NCBI GenBank assembly: GCA_041752695.1
Contig: JBGSVZ010000029.1
Location: 1 to 52,300 of the forward strand
From: Terrimicrobiaceae bacterium
GTDB taxonomy: Bacteria > Verrucomicrobiota > Verrucomicrobiia > Chthoniobacterales > Terrimicrobiaceae
DNA length: 52,300 bases
Direction: 5' to 3'
The position numbers and the translations under genes are program-made. Every line of letters begins with the position of its first letter. The first letter of the stretch is position 1. Positions 9,203-20,900 of this stretch are shown piece after piece. The notes beneath the pieces are model-generated. The model saw only the letters and a list, made by a program, of their open reading frames with translations. It was not told the origin of the DNA and did no database searches.

Positions 9203-10183
9203 CTACGAAAGAATCTTGATGTAGGCCTTCTGGCGGAGCGTGTCGAGCCAGCGGTCCTGGGCTTTTTTGCGTTCCTGCTGAGTAAGGTTACGCTCGATCT
9301 CGTCCCGCACTTCGCCAATGGGCTTCACCGTGGCGCTCTTTTTTGCGTCGACCATCATGATGTAATAAGCGTCGCCAATGCTGACCACCGGGCTCACCTG
9401 GCCGGGGCTGAGCGAAAACGCGACATTGGTGATTTGTTCGTTAAGGGTGTTGCGTTCGATCCAGCCCCAATCGCCGCCGGCGTCGCGGGTGTCGTCCTCG
9501 GAATACATGCGGGCAATGCTTTCGAATTCACTGCCCGAGGCGATCTTGTCGCGAATTTCCTTCGCCAGATCCTTTTTGCTACCCACATCGGGGACGTCGC
9601 CGCCGGTGCCTTCGCGAATGATGATCATGCGCAGCCGCACCTGCTCGGGCGTGGCGTAGTTGCCTTTGTTTTTGTCGTAGTAACCCTGGATCTGGGTGGG
9701 CGAGATGACAAAACTCTCGTTCACCTTAGACTGACGCAGAGCCTGGACGATGATCTTTTCCTTCTCGATCTCTTTAAAGCGGGTGAGCGTGTAGCCTTGG
9801 GCTTGCAGCGTGCGGACAAACGCGGACCGGTCCCCGCCAAATTCCTCGCGGATGATGGTCTGCACCCGATCATCCACCACGTGACTGGGGATGTTCGCCC
9901 CTTTTTCCTGCATTTTCTTGAATTCCTGCAAGACGAGCTGGCGGTCGATCAGGTCTTTGAGAGCGGCGAGGCGCATTTCCTTCACTTTGTCCTGCAATTC
10001 CTGGCCCCGGTACATCTGGCGCATGGACTGCTCGCGGGCTCCAGCGAGCTCACGGACTTGGGAAATGGTGATGACGTCGTTGTTCACGATGGCAGCGATG
10101 CCATCAATGACCTCGGCTTTTTGGGCAAAAACGCCGCCAGCCAGGGCCAGCAAAAGGGTGGAAAAAACTGCGAGGCGTTTCAT
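9203..10183 (-). CDS. surA: SurA-like periplasmic chaperone / parvulin PPIase
   Basis: Signal peptide; SurA N-terminal 'IDGIAAIVNNDVIT'; parvulin 'FESIARMYSED...GGDWGW'; adjacent to pdxA. Confidence 0.85.
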   Translation of the reverse strand: MKRLAVFSTLLLALAGGVFAQKAEVIDGIAAIVNNDVITISQVRELAGAREQSMRQMYRGQELQDKVKEMRLAALKDLIDRQLVLQEFKKMQEKGANIPSHVVDDRVQTIIREEFGGDRSAFVRTLQAQGYTLTRFKEIEKEKIIVQALRQSKVNESFVISPTQIQGYYDKNKGNYATPEQVRLRMIIIREGTGGDVPDVGSKKDLAKEIRDKIASGSEFESIARMYSEDDTRDAGGDWGWIERNTLNEQITNVAFSLSPGQVSPVVSIGDAYYIMMVDAKKSATVKPIGEVRDEIERNLTQQERKKAQDRWLDTLRQKAYIKILS

Positions 10184-13100
10184 GAAGCGGATATCGAATC
10201 GAGATGGGTCAGAATCTCGCGCAACCTAGAATCCGCGTCCAACGAGGTCAAGCGGGGAAACCTGCCCCCCTGCTGAAGGAGTTCTTTGCGACGGGTGAGC
10301 ATGATGCGGCCGTCGCGGGATTCGACCATGGAAATCCGCCTCCGCGCCGCCTCGATCCGGATCAGGGCGCAGAGGAGGGCATTTTCCACGGCCAGGGGCA
10401 CCGGACCAAACCGGTCCCGCCATTCCGCGCGCAAAGCGTCAATCGCCGGCCGGTCCAGGGCCTCAGCCAGCTTCCGGTAGCATCCGATGCGCGTCTGGGA
10501 ATCAGAGATGTAAGCCACCGGCAGGAAAGCGCCCGCCTTGGTGGGCGCCAAACGCCACTGGGCCTCGTCGGTGGTAAGAAAGTCGAGCCGGAGCCCGGCC
10601 GGCACGCGCGGACCCCGCCGGATGCCTTTAAGGGTATCCACGGCGTGTTTCAGCAACTTGCAATAAAGATCGAAGCCCACCGCGATGATATGCCCGCTCT
10701 GCGCTGTGCCGAGCAGATTGCCTGCGCCGCGAATCTCCAGATCGCGCATGGCGATTTTGAAGCCCGAACCCAGGTCGGAGTATTGCTTGATGGCCGACAC
10801 CCGTTTTCGCGCCGCGCCCATCAGATCACGCGGGAGCATGAGATAGGCATGGGCCTTGGCTTGCGCCCGACCCACCCGACCGCGGAGTTGGTAGAGATCG
10901 GCCAGCCCGAAAAGATCGGCGCGGTCAATGATGATGGTGTTGGCGTTGGGAATATCCAGACCACTTTCGATAATGGTCGTCGAAACCAGCACATCGGCTT
11001 CGCCCGCAACAAACGCCTGCATGACAGGTTCCAGTTCGTGTTCATGCATCTGGCCGTGGCCGAAGACAACGCGAGCGCCGGGGCATAACTCGCGAATCCG
11101 CGCCGCCACGCCCTCGATCGTGCTGACGCGGTTATGCAAAAAATAGACCTGTCCACCGCGCGCCAGCTCGCGCTTGATCGCATCGCGGAAGATCCGTTCG
11201 TCGTACGCACAGACCACCGTTTCGACCGGCTGACGATTGGCAGGTGGCGTATCGATTACCGACATGTCGCGCGCGCCCATCAGAGCCATGTAAAGGGTTC
11301 TGGGAATTGGCGTGGCGGAAAGGGTGAGCACGTCCACCTGGCGGAAACGCTCTTTCAGCAGCTCCTTGTGTTTCACGCCGAAACGCTGTTCTTCGTCCAC
11401 TACGACGAGACCGAGGTCCTTAAAAACAACGTCGCCCGAGACGAGCCGGTGCGTTCCCACCACCACGTCCACCTCGCCGCTGATCAGACCCTTGATGACC
11501 TTCTGCTGCTCGGCCGCGGTGCGGTAGCGGCTGAGCAATTCGATCGTGACCGGATAGTCGCTCATCCGCTCGCGCAAGGTCTGGAAATGCTGCTGCGCCA
11601 AGACAGTTGTCGGCGCAAGGAGCGCGGCCTGACGGCTGCCCATCACCGCCTTGAAGATGGCGCGGATGGCGACCTCGGTTTTTCCAAAACCCACGTCGCC
11701 GCAGATGAGACGGTCCATCGGACGTTCGGATTCCATGTCCGCCTTGGTCTCGCCGATGGCGCGGAGTTGGTCCGTCGTCTCGTCGTAAGGAAACGCATCC
11801 TCAAACTCCTGCTGCCAGTGTGTGTCCGGCCCAAACGCGTGTCCGGATGCCGTATCCCGTTCCGCCTGCAGGCTGAGCATGCGCGTGGCGTAGTGGAAAA
11901 TGGATTGCTGCACCTTCTGCTTGGCCCGCTGCCATTTTCCATCGCCCAGATCGGAGAGTTCCGGATGTTTTTTGCCGAGGCCGACATACCGCGCCACCTG
12001 CCACGCCTGGTCGAGAGGGACGTAAAGCCGCGAATCGCCCGCGTACTCCAGCACCAACACCTCGCCCTCGTCGGTGCCAGGTGCTTGCTCCAAGCCCAGA
12101 AAACGACCCACCCCGTGCTCGAGATGCACCACGTAATCATCGGGCTCGAACTCCGTGAAATCCACCGCCGCGCGGCCCGAGAGCACCCGTTCCCGCCGCA
12201 ACGCCAGCCGCCGCGAGCGCATCACGGCCGAACGCCCGAATAACTCCGCGTCCGAGAGCACTGCCAGCTTGGCCGCGGGAAAAACGAAACCCCGCGCGAC
12301 GGGGAGTTTCAGGAATTTCAAATCCGTGACTTCAAACTCATGATCGCCCGCCAGTTCCTGAAAACGCTCAATCTCTCCCTCGCTGTTGGCCGCGATCACG
12401 ATCATCCAGTCCTCGGCGCGCCACTGCTCGATCTGGCGGAAGAAATGCTTTCGCCGCACCTCATCGAGCACGAGGTCCCCCGCCCCGAAATCCGCGAACG
12501 GCTGCGGAAAAAATGCCGCTCCAGCATCCTCGCCGCCTTCGCTCAGCAGGATTCCCTCGCCTTCTTCCACACTGATGACGAGGTCGTCCTTGCGCTTGTA
12601 TTTCTTCAGCGGCGTCATCCGGCGGTCCAGGCGGCCGGCGAGGATTTCGACCTGGTCGCGTTGTTCCGTCGAGATCTGGGTGTGCGGATCAAAAACGCGG
12701 ATCGAGTCCACCACGTCATCGTCCAGTTCAATGCGAAAGGGCAGCGTCGCCTGCCAGGAAAAGACATCGAAAATCCCGCCCCGAATGGCAAACTGCCCCC
12801 GCGTCGCGACCTGCGCCGTGCGCTCGTAGCCATTTTCCGCCAGCGTGGCCGTGGCGGTGTCGAGGGCAAATTGTCCGCCCTTGGCCACCCGCAGCAAAGC
12901 GCCGGAAAGTTCCTCCAGGGAAGGAACCTCCTGCTCCCACTGCGACTGATGGATCACCAGCGGACCCCGAAATTCCTTCGTGCCCAGAGCACGCAAGATT
13001 TCCAGGCGTTCCGCCGCAGTTTCCGGATCCGGCAGCGACTCGCCCGCGACGGGAGTGTCCATCTCGGCGAAAAGCCGCGTACCCAAACGCCAGGCGGCGA

Positions 13101-13305
13101 GTTCCGCGGCGAAGTTTTCCTGCGCCTTCACGTCCGGACAGGCGACCCAAAGGCGTTTCCGGGGGTGGGCGCGCGCGATCAGGGCGGCGAGAAACGGCTG
13201 CGCGGACTCGGCCACCGCGGCGAAGGCCGCCGGCTTTTCCAGACGGTCTCCCAGCAGGCGAGCGACCCGGGCAAAAAGTGTCTCACTGTCGAAGGATTTC
13301 TTCAC
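10180..13305 (-). CDS. mfd: Transcription-repair coupling factor
   Basis: 'PMDRLICGDVGFGKTEVA', 'DEEQRFGV', 'SATPIPRTL', 'QLRGRVGR', 'DLEIRGAGNLLG'; GTG start at 13305 chosen. Confidence 0.97.
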   Translation of the reverse strand: MKKSFDSETLFARVARLLGDRLEKPAAFAAVAESAQPFLAALIARAHPRKRLWVACPDVKAQENFAAELAAWRLGTRLFAEMDTPVAGESLPDPETAAERLEILRALGTKEFRGPLVIHQSQWEQEVPSLEELSGALLRVAKGGQFALDTATATLAENGYERTAQVATRGQFAIRGGIFDVFSWQATLPFRIELDDDVVDSIRVFDPHTQISTEQRDQVEILAGRLDRRMTPLKKYKRKDDLVISVEEGEGILLSEGGEDAGAAFFPQPFADFGAGDLVLDEVRRKHFFRQIEQWRAEDWMIVIAANSEGEIERFQELAGDHEFEVTDLKFLKLPVARGFVFPAAKLAVLSDAELFGRSAVMRSRRLALRRERVLSGRAAVDFTEFEPDDYVVHLEHGVGRFLGLEQAPGTDEGEVLVLEYAGDSRLYVPLDQAWQVARYVGLGKKHPELSDLGDGKWQRAKQKVQQSIFHYATRMLSLQAERDTASGHAFGPDTHWQQEFEDAFPYDETTDQLRAIGETKADMESERPMDRLICGDVGFGKTEVAIRAIFKAVMGSRQAALLAPTTVLAQQHFQTLRERMSDYPVTIELLSRYRTAAEQQKVIKGLISGEVDVVVGTHRLVSGDVVFKDLGLVVVDEEQRFGVKHKELLKERFRQVDVLTLSATPIPRTLYMALMGARDMSVIDTPPANRQPVETVVCAYDERIFRDAIKRELARGGQVYFLHNRVSTIEGVAARIRELCPGARVVFGHGQMHEHELEPVMQAFVAGEADVLVSTTIIESGLDIPNANTIIIDRADLFGLADLYQLRGRVGRAQAKAHAYLMLPRDLMGAARKRVSAIKQYSDLGSGFKIAMRDLEIRGAGNLLGTAQSGHIIAVGFDLYCKLLKHAVDTLKGIRRGPRVPAGLRLDFLTTDEAQWRLAPTKAGAFLPVAYISDSQTRIGCYRKLAEALDRPAIDALRAEWRDRFGPVPLAVENALLCALIRIEAARRRISMVESRDGRIMLTRRKELLQQGGRFPRLTSLDADSRLREILTHLDSISAS

Positions 13306-14055
13306 GATACAAAACGGCCAGCCAATCCCCCGCGTCGCGCGACGGCAGCGTGCGACCATCGATTTCCGCCACGGGAAAAACGCCCAGGCGGCTGTTTGTC
13401 ACAAAACATTGCCCGGCCGTCTCCAGATCCTCGACGGTGATCTGGGTTTCTTCAATGGGAAGATGACCTGCCACCCACGCGCGCACAACTCCATCGCGGG
13501 CGCCGGAACCCAGCGCGGGAGTGAGGACGCGGTCGCCCTGGACGATAAAAAGATTGGCCAGCGCGGCGGACATCACCGCGCCCTGTCCATTGCAAAGCAC
13601 GGCCTCGTCAAACCCCAGAGCCCGGGCCTGGGCGAAGGCCTGCACGTGCGCCCAATAGTTGCCAGTTTTCCAGCCTCCCAGCACGGACATCACCGGAGCC
13701 CGCGAGACCGTGAGCCGCAAGCCCGACCCCGTCGCGGCGGGAAAATCCGCGGAGTCAAAGAGCGCAAAGACGCGCGTCCCACCGGCCTCTTCCGCCGGGC
13801 CGCCATCCCCCGCCGTAACGTAAAGCCGCAGCATACCGGTCTTGTCGGCCAGAGAGGGAAACGCCGGGATGGGCCGGAAGAAAAAATCCGCCGCCTCACA
13901 GGCCCGACGCAAGCGGTCCTTGTGTTCCTCCCAGAACAAAAGTCGGCCTTCAAAGACGGCAATCGTCTCGAAGACGCTCATCCCGTAGCGGAACCCGCGA
14001 TCCGTCACCGGCACCGCAGCACCCGGCCGGAAGACGCCGTCCACAAGCGTCCAGG

Positions 14056-14059
<4 letters not shown>
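13283..14059 (-). CDS. Class IV PLP aminotransferase / aminodeoxychorismate lyase-like
   Basis: 'DRGFRYGMSVFET', 'HKDRL', PLP lysine 'WKTGNY', 'GVVR', 'FVTNS'. Confidence 0.88.
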
Positions 14060-15480
<1,421 letters not shown>

Positions 15481-15705
15481 GAGAGAGGTGTCTAAAAAAC
15501 TACAGCCCGACAACGCAAGGGAAGCAGCCTCCGAAGTCAAGGGTGTTTTCCTGTGCAAACCTCGACAACCCCTGTTTTTTCTTTGTCAGGAACTGCGGGG
15601 GAATCCATCGGAGAATGTTTTGCCCGCGAAAACAGGCGCAGCCGACGGTGAGAATTCAGGAAGGTTCCCCTTTCCCCGTCACCATGACGGGTTTAGACTC
15701 ACCCC

Positions 15706-15915
15706 ATGAGCAACCACGTTTACAAGAAAATCGAATTGGTCGGCTCGTCTCCCGACAGCATCGAGGACGCCGTGAAAACCGCCCTCGCCAAGGCCGCCAA
15801 AACCATCCGCAACATGCGCTGGTTCGAAGTCACCGAGACCCGCGGTCATATTGAGGACGGAAAGATCGGTCACTGGCAGGTGACGATCGAGGTGGGATTC
15901 ACGCTGGAGGAGTGA
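15706..15915 (+). CDS. Dodecin (flavin-binding protein)
   Basis: '[15 protein letters not shown]...[16 protein letters not shown]...WQVT..VGFTLE', 69 aa. Confidence 0.93.
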   Translation: MSNHVYKKIELVGSSPDSIEDAVKTALAKAAKTIRNMRWFEVTETRGHIEDGKIGHWQVTIEVGFTLEE

Positions 15916-15932
15916 GGTTCCATAAACCCGCA

Positions 15933-15962
15933 ACCCGCCCTTGATTAGGCGGGTGGCTTTGT
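15933..15962 (+). terminator. Hairpin after dodecin, possible terminator/attenuator
   Basis: ACCCGCC-cttgatta-GGCGGGT followed by a weak T-rich tail (ggctttgtt). Confidence 0.35.
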
Positions 15963-15967
15963 TCACA

Positions 15968-16723
15968 ATGCCCACCCGCATGAGTGGATTATTCGGGGCA
16001 ACGCGGACCAAGGTCAGTTTTCGACACGCTCTCATCACCCCGGACGGACATATCCCCAGCGCTCTGTCGAACTTCCAGGGTGCCACGCCATTCTTTCACA
16101 TCACTCCAGCCATGGGGGCAGACCTCACGCAGTTGATGATTCGATTCCTCCCCGGCGGCGCGGCCCGGCTCCCCGCGGACGAAAGCGAAACCGCCCTTTA
16201 CCTTCAAAGCGGCTCATGCTCGGTTCGGATTGGAACCCAGACAAAGTCCCTCGCCGCGGGTGGCTATGCCTTCAGTCCGGCGGAGACAGACCTCGCTATT
16301 TTTGACGCGGCGGAGGGCACGGAGATCACCTGTTTTCGCAAGCTTTTTGAACCTCTGGAGGAATTCGGGGCACCTCCCGCGCTCTTCGGTGACGCAACCA
16401 AAATCGAAGGCCAACCTTTCCTCGGCAATCCCCGCGCGTTGCTCAAGACGCTCCTTCCGGCCGACGACTTTCGCTACGACCTGGCGATGAATATTTTCAC
16501 CTACGAACCCGGAGCGACGCTTCCATTCGTGGAGACGCACATCATGGAGCATGGCCTGCTCATGCTGGAGGGCCAGGGGGTTTACCGATTGGAGGATTCG
16601 TATTATCCGGTCACGGCAGGCGACGTGATCTGGATGGCCCCGTATTGTCCGCAGTGGTTCGTGGCGATGGGCGACACGCCGGCCAGTTACCTTTATTATA
16701 AAAACGTCAACCGCCTCGCCTGA
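15968..16723 (+). CDS. allE: (S)-ureidoglycine aminohydrolase (bicupin)
   Basis: 'PFVETHIMEHGLLMLEGQGVYRL...YPVTAGDVIWMAPYCPQW...YLYYKNVNR'; start 15968 or 15980. Confidence 0.92.
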   Translation: MPTRMSGLFGATRTKVSFRHALITPDGHIPSALSNFQGATPFFHITPAMGADLTQLMIRFLPGGAARLPADESETALYLQSGSCSVRIGTQTKSLAAGGYAFSPAETDLAIFDAAEGTEITCFRKLFEPLEEFGAPPALFGDATKIEGQPFLGNPRALLKTLLPADDFRYDLAMNIFTYEPGATLPFVETHIMEHGLLMLEGQGVYRLEDSYYPVTAGDVIWMAPYCPQWFVAMGDTPASYLYYKNVNRLA

Positions 16724-16725
16724 GC

Positions 16726-17967
16726 ATGACCGCCGTAAACATTGCGCGCCTCCAGGGGGAAATCGACGCCCTCGCCGCGATCACGGAAGTGGACCCTCCG
16801 GCGGTGACGCGAGTCATTTATTCCGAGCAGGATTTCGCCGCGCGTGAGCAGGTGAAGGCCCTCTGCCTCGCCGCGGGGCTGGAACTGCGCGAGGACGCGG
16901 TCGGCAATCTTTTCGCGCGCTGGGTCGGCGAAGACCCGTCTCTGGCCGCGGTGGCCACGGGTTCGCACATTGACGCCATTCCCCACGCCGGAAAATACGA
17001 CGGTGTGGTCGGCGTGCTCGGCGGGCTCGAAGCCATTCGTACGCTGCAAGCAAGAGGCTTCAAACCTCGCCGCTCGATGGAACTGATCGCCTTCACCAGC
17101 GAGGAACCGACCCGATTTGGCATCGGGTGCCTGGGCAGCCGGTTGATGTCGGGTTCACTGACTCTCGAAAAAGCCCTCGCCCTCACCGACCGCGATGGTC
17201 GCTCGCTCGATTCCTGGCTGTCCTCCACGCCTTACGCCGCGGACGACCGGACTGCCATTCGTTTGGCCGAAAATCACTACCACGCCTTTGTCGAACTTCA
17301 CATCGAACAAGGCCCGATCCTCGAACGCGAGTCGCTCGACATCGGCGCGGTCACCCACATCGCCGCCCCCGCCGCCTACCGCGTGGAAATCACGGGTCAG
17401 GGCGGCCACGCCGGCGGAGTCCTCATGCCCGACCGCCACGATGCGTTGTGCGGGGCTTCCGAGTTTGTCCTGGCACTGGAGACGGCCGCCCGCAATTCCG
17501 GATCGCCGGACACCGTCGCGACCACGGGCGTGCTGAGGGTTTTTCCCGGGGCGATCAACAGCGTGCCGGCACGCGTGGAAATGGAAGTGGACCTGCGCGA
17601 CATCCGCCTCGATACCCGCACGGGGACATGGTCTGCGGCCACGACCGCCCTGGACGAGATCACTGCCCGGCGCGGCCTCAGCGCGACGATTTCTACAATC
17701 AATCAGGATCCTCCCGCCACCTGCGATCCGGCGTTGGTGGATTCCATCGAGGCCGCGGCCAAGGCGCGCGGATACTCGGTCCGGCGGCAAATCAGCCGCG
17801 CCTATCACGACAGCCTCTTTATGGCCCGCCTGGCACCGACGGTGATGATTTTTATTCCCTGCCGCAACGGCTGGAGCCACCGCCCCGACGAATTCAGTTC
17901 GCCGGAGCAAATCGAAAAAGGCGTCGCCGTCCTCGCGGATGTGCTGGCGAAGGCGGCGTCCGAATGA
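16726..17967 (+). CDS. M20 metallo-amidohydrolase, ureidoglycolate amidohydrolase-like
   Basis: 'GSHIDAIP..GKYDGVVGVLG', 'FTSEEPTRFG', 'ELHIEQGP', 'GGHAG', 'RAYHDSLFMAR', 'SHRPDE'. Confidence 0.85.
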   Translation: MTAVNIARLQGEIDALAAITEVDPPAVTRVIYSEQDFAAREQVKALCLAAGLELREDAVGNLFARWVGEDPSLAAVATGSHIDAIPHAGKYDGVVGVLGGLEAIRTLQARGFKPRRSMELIAFTSEEPTRFGIGCLGSRLMSGSLTLEKALALTDRDGRSLDSWLSSTPYAADDRTAIRLAENHYHAFVELHIEQGPILERESLDIGAVTHIAAPAAYRVEITGQGGHAGGVLMPDRHDALCGASEFVLALETAARNSGSPDTVATTGVLRVFPGAINSVPARVEMEVDLRDIRLDTRTGTWSAATTALDEITARRGLSATISTINQDPPATCDPALVDSIEAAAKARGYSVRRQISRAYHDSLFMARLAPTVMIFIPCRNGWSHRPDEFSSPEQIEKGVAVLADVLAKAASE

Positions 17968-20900
17968 CAGTTTCGAGAACAGATGGTAGGGCGGATTGTC
18001 CCCAACCCGCCGTCGACGGCGCGCTCGGGACAGCGCGCCCTACCCCTTCAAACGAGTTCACCCTCAGCGTAAACGGCCGCGCCTTTGAGGTCCGCGACGT
18101 CTCCCCCAACGAAAACCTCCTCACCTTCCTCCGCCGCTCGGGCCTGACCGGCAGCAAGGAAGGCTGCGCGGAAGGCGATTGCGGAGCCTGCTCCGTGGTG
18201 CTGGCCGACCGCGACGCGCAGGGCCGTCCCGCCTGGCGAACCATCAATAGCTGCATAGCCTTGCTCCCGTCCCTCGCCGGCCGCGAGATTCTCACCGCCG
18301 AGGGCATCGGTTCCTCCGCCGCTCCTCATCCCGTGCAAGAGGCGATGGTCAAACACCATGGCTCGCAGTGCGGATACTGCACGCCGGGCTTCGTTGCGTC
18401 GCTTTTCGAAGGCTACCACCGCGACGATCTCACGACGCCCGCGCAGATCGCCGACCAGCTCTGCGGTAACCTCTGTCGCTGCACCGGCTATCGGTCCATT
18501 CGCGATGCCGCCTGCGACGTTTTCCGCAATCGCACCGAGCGCCGCCCGCCCGAGGGAAAACTTGCCTCCACCCCACTCGCTTATACGACAAACGAGCAGG
18601 CATTTTTCCGTCCCGCCTCGCTCCCGGAACTTTTCAACCTCCTCGAAACCCACCCCAAGGCCCGCCTCGTCGCCGGTGCCACCGAAATCGGCGTCGAAAT
18701 CAACAAGCTCTTCCGCGAATACCCGGTCCTCATCAGCACGGAAGCCGTTCCGGAACTTTTGGAAATTTCCTCCACCGCCACCCGCTGGAAAATCGGCGGC
18801 GCGGTCACCCTCACCTGCATCGAAGAAACGCTGGCCGACGAATATCCCGCCGTCGCCCAAATGCTGCGGCTTTTCGCCTCCCGCCAGATCCGCAACCGTG
18901 CCACCCTCGGCGGCAATCTTGTCACCGCCTCCCCCATCGGCGACAGCGCTCCCGTGCTGCTCTCGCTCGACGCGAATGTTATCCTGAAATCCCGCTCCGC
19001 CGAACGCACACTGCCGCTCGACGAGTTTTTTCTCGACTACCGCAAGACCGCCCTCCGCCCGGGCGAGATTCTTCTGCGCATCGAAATCCCTCGCGCGCCA
19101 ACCACCCGCAGCGTCTTTTACAAAGTCTCCAAACGCCGCGAGATGGATATTAGCATTGTGTCCGCCGCGTTCCGCATCACCTGCGAAAACGGCATCGTCC
19201 GCCAGGCCCGGCTGGCCTTTGGGGGCGTCGCCGCCACGCCCAAACGCGTCTTCGCCGCCGAGGAATCCGCCGTCGGCCGGACACTGGAGGAATCGCTTCC
19301 CGCGGTGACCGACATCCTCTCCCGGGAGTTCACCCCCCTTACCGATGCGCGCGGCAGCGCGACCTACCGTTCCGCCGTCCTCATCAGCCTCTGGGAAAAA
19401 TTCGTTCGTGGGGAATCCAGCTCCGTCCACGACGAAGACCTCACCTTCCACGAAGGAAGCCCCTGGGAAACCTCGGACGCCTCCCGCTCCCTCCCGCACG
19501 AAAGTGGCCTCGGACACGTCTGCGGTGAGGCCCGCTATGTCGAGGACACCGCCCTCCGACGCTCCATGCTGGAAATGTGGCCCGTACTTTCCCCGCACGC
19601 CCGCGCCCGCCTTCGCCGCATCGACACGACCGCTGCCGCAGCCATGCCCGGCGTCACGTGCATCCTGCTTGCGAAGGATATTCCCGGACAAAACAACACC
19701 GGCCCCGCCCGCCACGACGAACCCGCCCTGGCAGAGGACGACGTTTTTTTCCACGGTCAGGTCGTGGCCATTGTGGTTGGCCCAGACAAACGCCTCTGCC
19801 GCCGCGCTGCCCAGGCCATCACGGTGGACTACGAACCCCTCGATCCCGTTATTAGCATCGAGGCCGCCATGGAAGCGAACTCCTACCACACCGACCCGCA
19901 CCGCCTCGCGCGTGGCGACGTCGATGCCGCGCTTGCCTCCGCGCCACACCGCCTCACCGAGACCTTCTCATTCGGCGGCCAGGAACATTTTTACCTGGAG
20001 ACCCACGCGGCGTGGGCGGAAGGCACTGACGACGGCGGCGTACACGTCGCCTCCTCCACCCAGCACCCGACGGAAATCCAGACCATCGTCGCCGAGGTCC
20101 TTGGCCTCAACCGCAACCAAGTCGTTGTCGAAGCCCCTCGCATGGGCGGAGGTTTCGGCGGCAAGGAAACCCAGGGAAATCAATGGGCGGCCCTCGCCGC
20201 GCTGGCCGCTTTGAAAACCGGCCGTCCCGTCCGCGTACAACTCGACCGGGACGTGGACATGACCGTCTCCGGCAAGCGCCATCCCTTCCGCGCGGAGTTT
20301 GCTGTGGGCTACGATGACGAAGGCAAACTTCTCGCCGCGCGCATTTTCCTCGTTTCCGACGGCGGGTGGGCCCTCGACCTTTCCCAGCCGGTGAACGACC
20401 GCGCCCTCTACCATCTCGACAACGCGTATTACATCCCGAACGTCGAATTCACCGGAAGAGTGGCGAAGACTAATACCACCTCGCACACGGCCTTCCGCGG
20501 GTTTGGCGGACCGCAGGGCATGCTCGTCATCGAAGAAATTCTCGGCCGCATCGCCCACCGCCTCGGACTCCCTCCGGAAGAAGTCCGCCGCCGGAATTTT
20601 TACCACGGCAAAGGCGAAACCAACACCACGCACTACGGCCAGGAGATCGAGGAAAACCGCCTCGCGCGCGTCTGGGATCAATTGCTCTTCGACTCATCTT
20701 TCGCCGAACGTCGCGCCGCGACCGATGTCTGGAACGCCACGCACGCCACGGTGAAGCGCGGCCTCGCCATCACGCCGGTGAAGTTTGGAATCTCCTTCAC
20801 CTTTACGCCCTACAACCAGGCCGGCTCACTGGTGCTCATCTACCGCGATGGCAGCGTGCAAGTGAACCATGGTGGCACGGAAATGGGCCAGGGCCTGCAA

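Noticed and set aside
17127..17963. N-terminal 279 aa of the 1546-aa ORF in the track
   Set aside because: Out-of-frame overlap with the M20 hydrolase and Arg/Pro-rich nonsense; the real start is the coupled ATG at 17964
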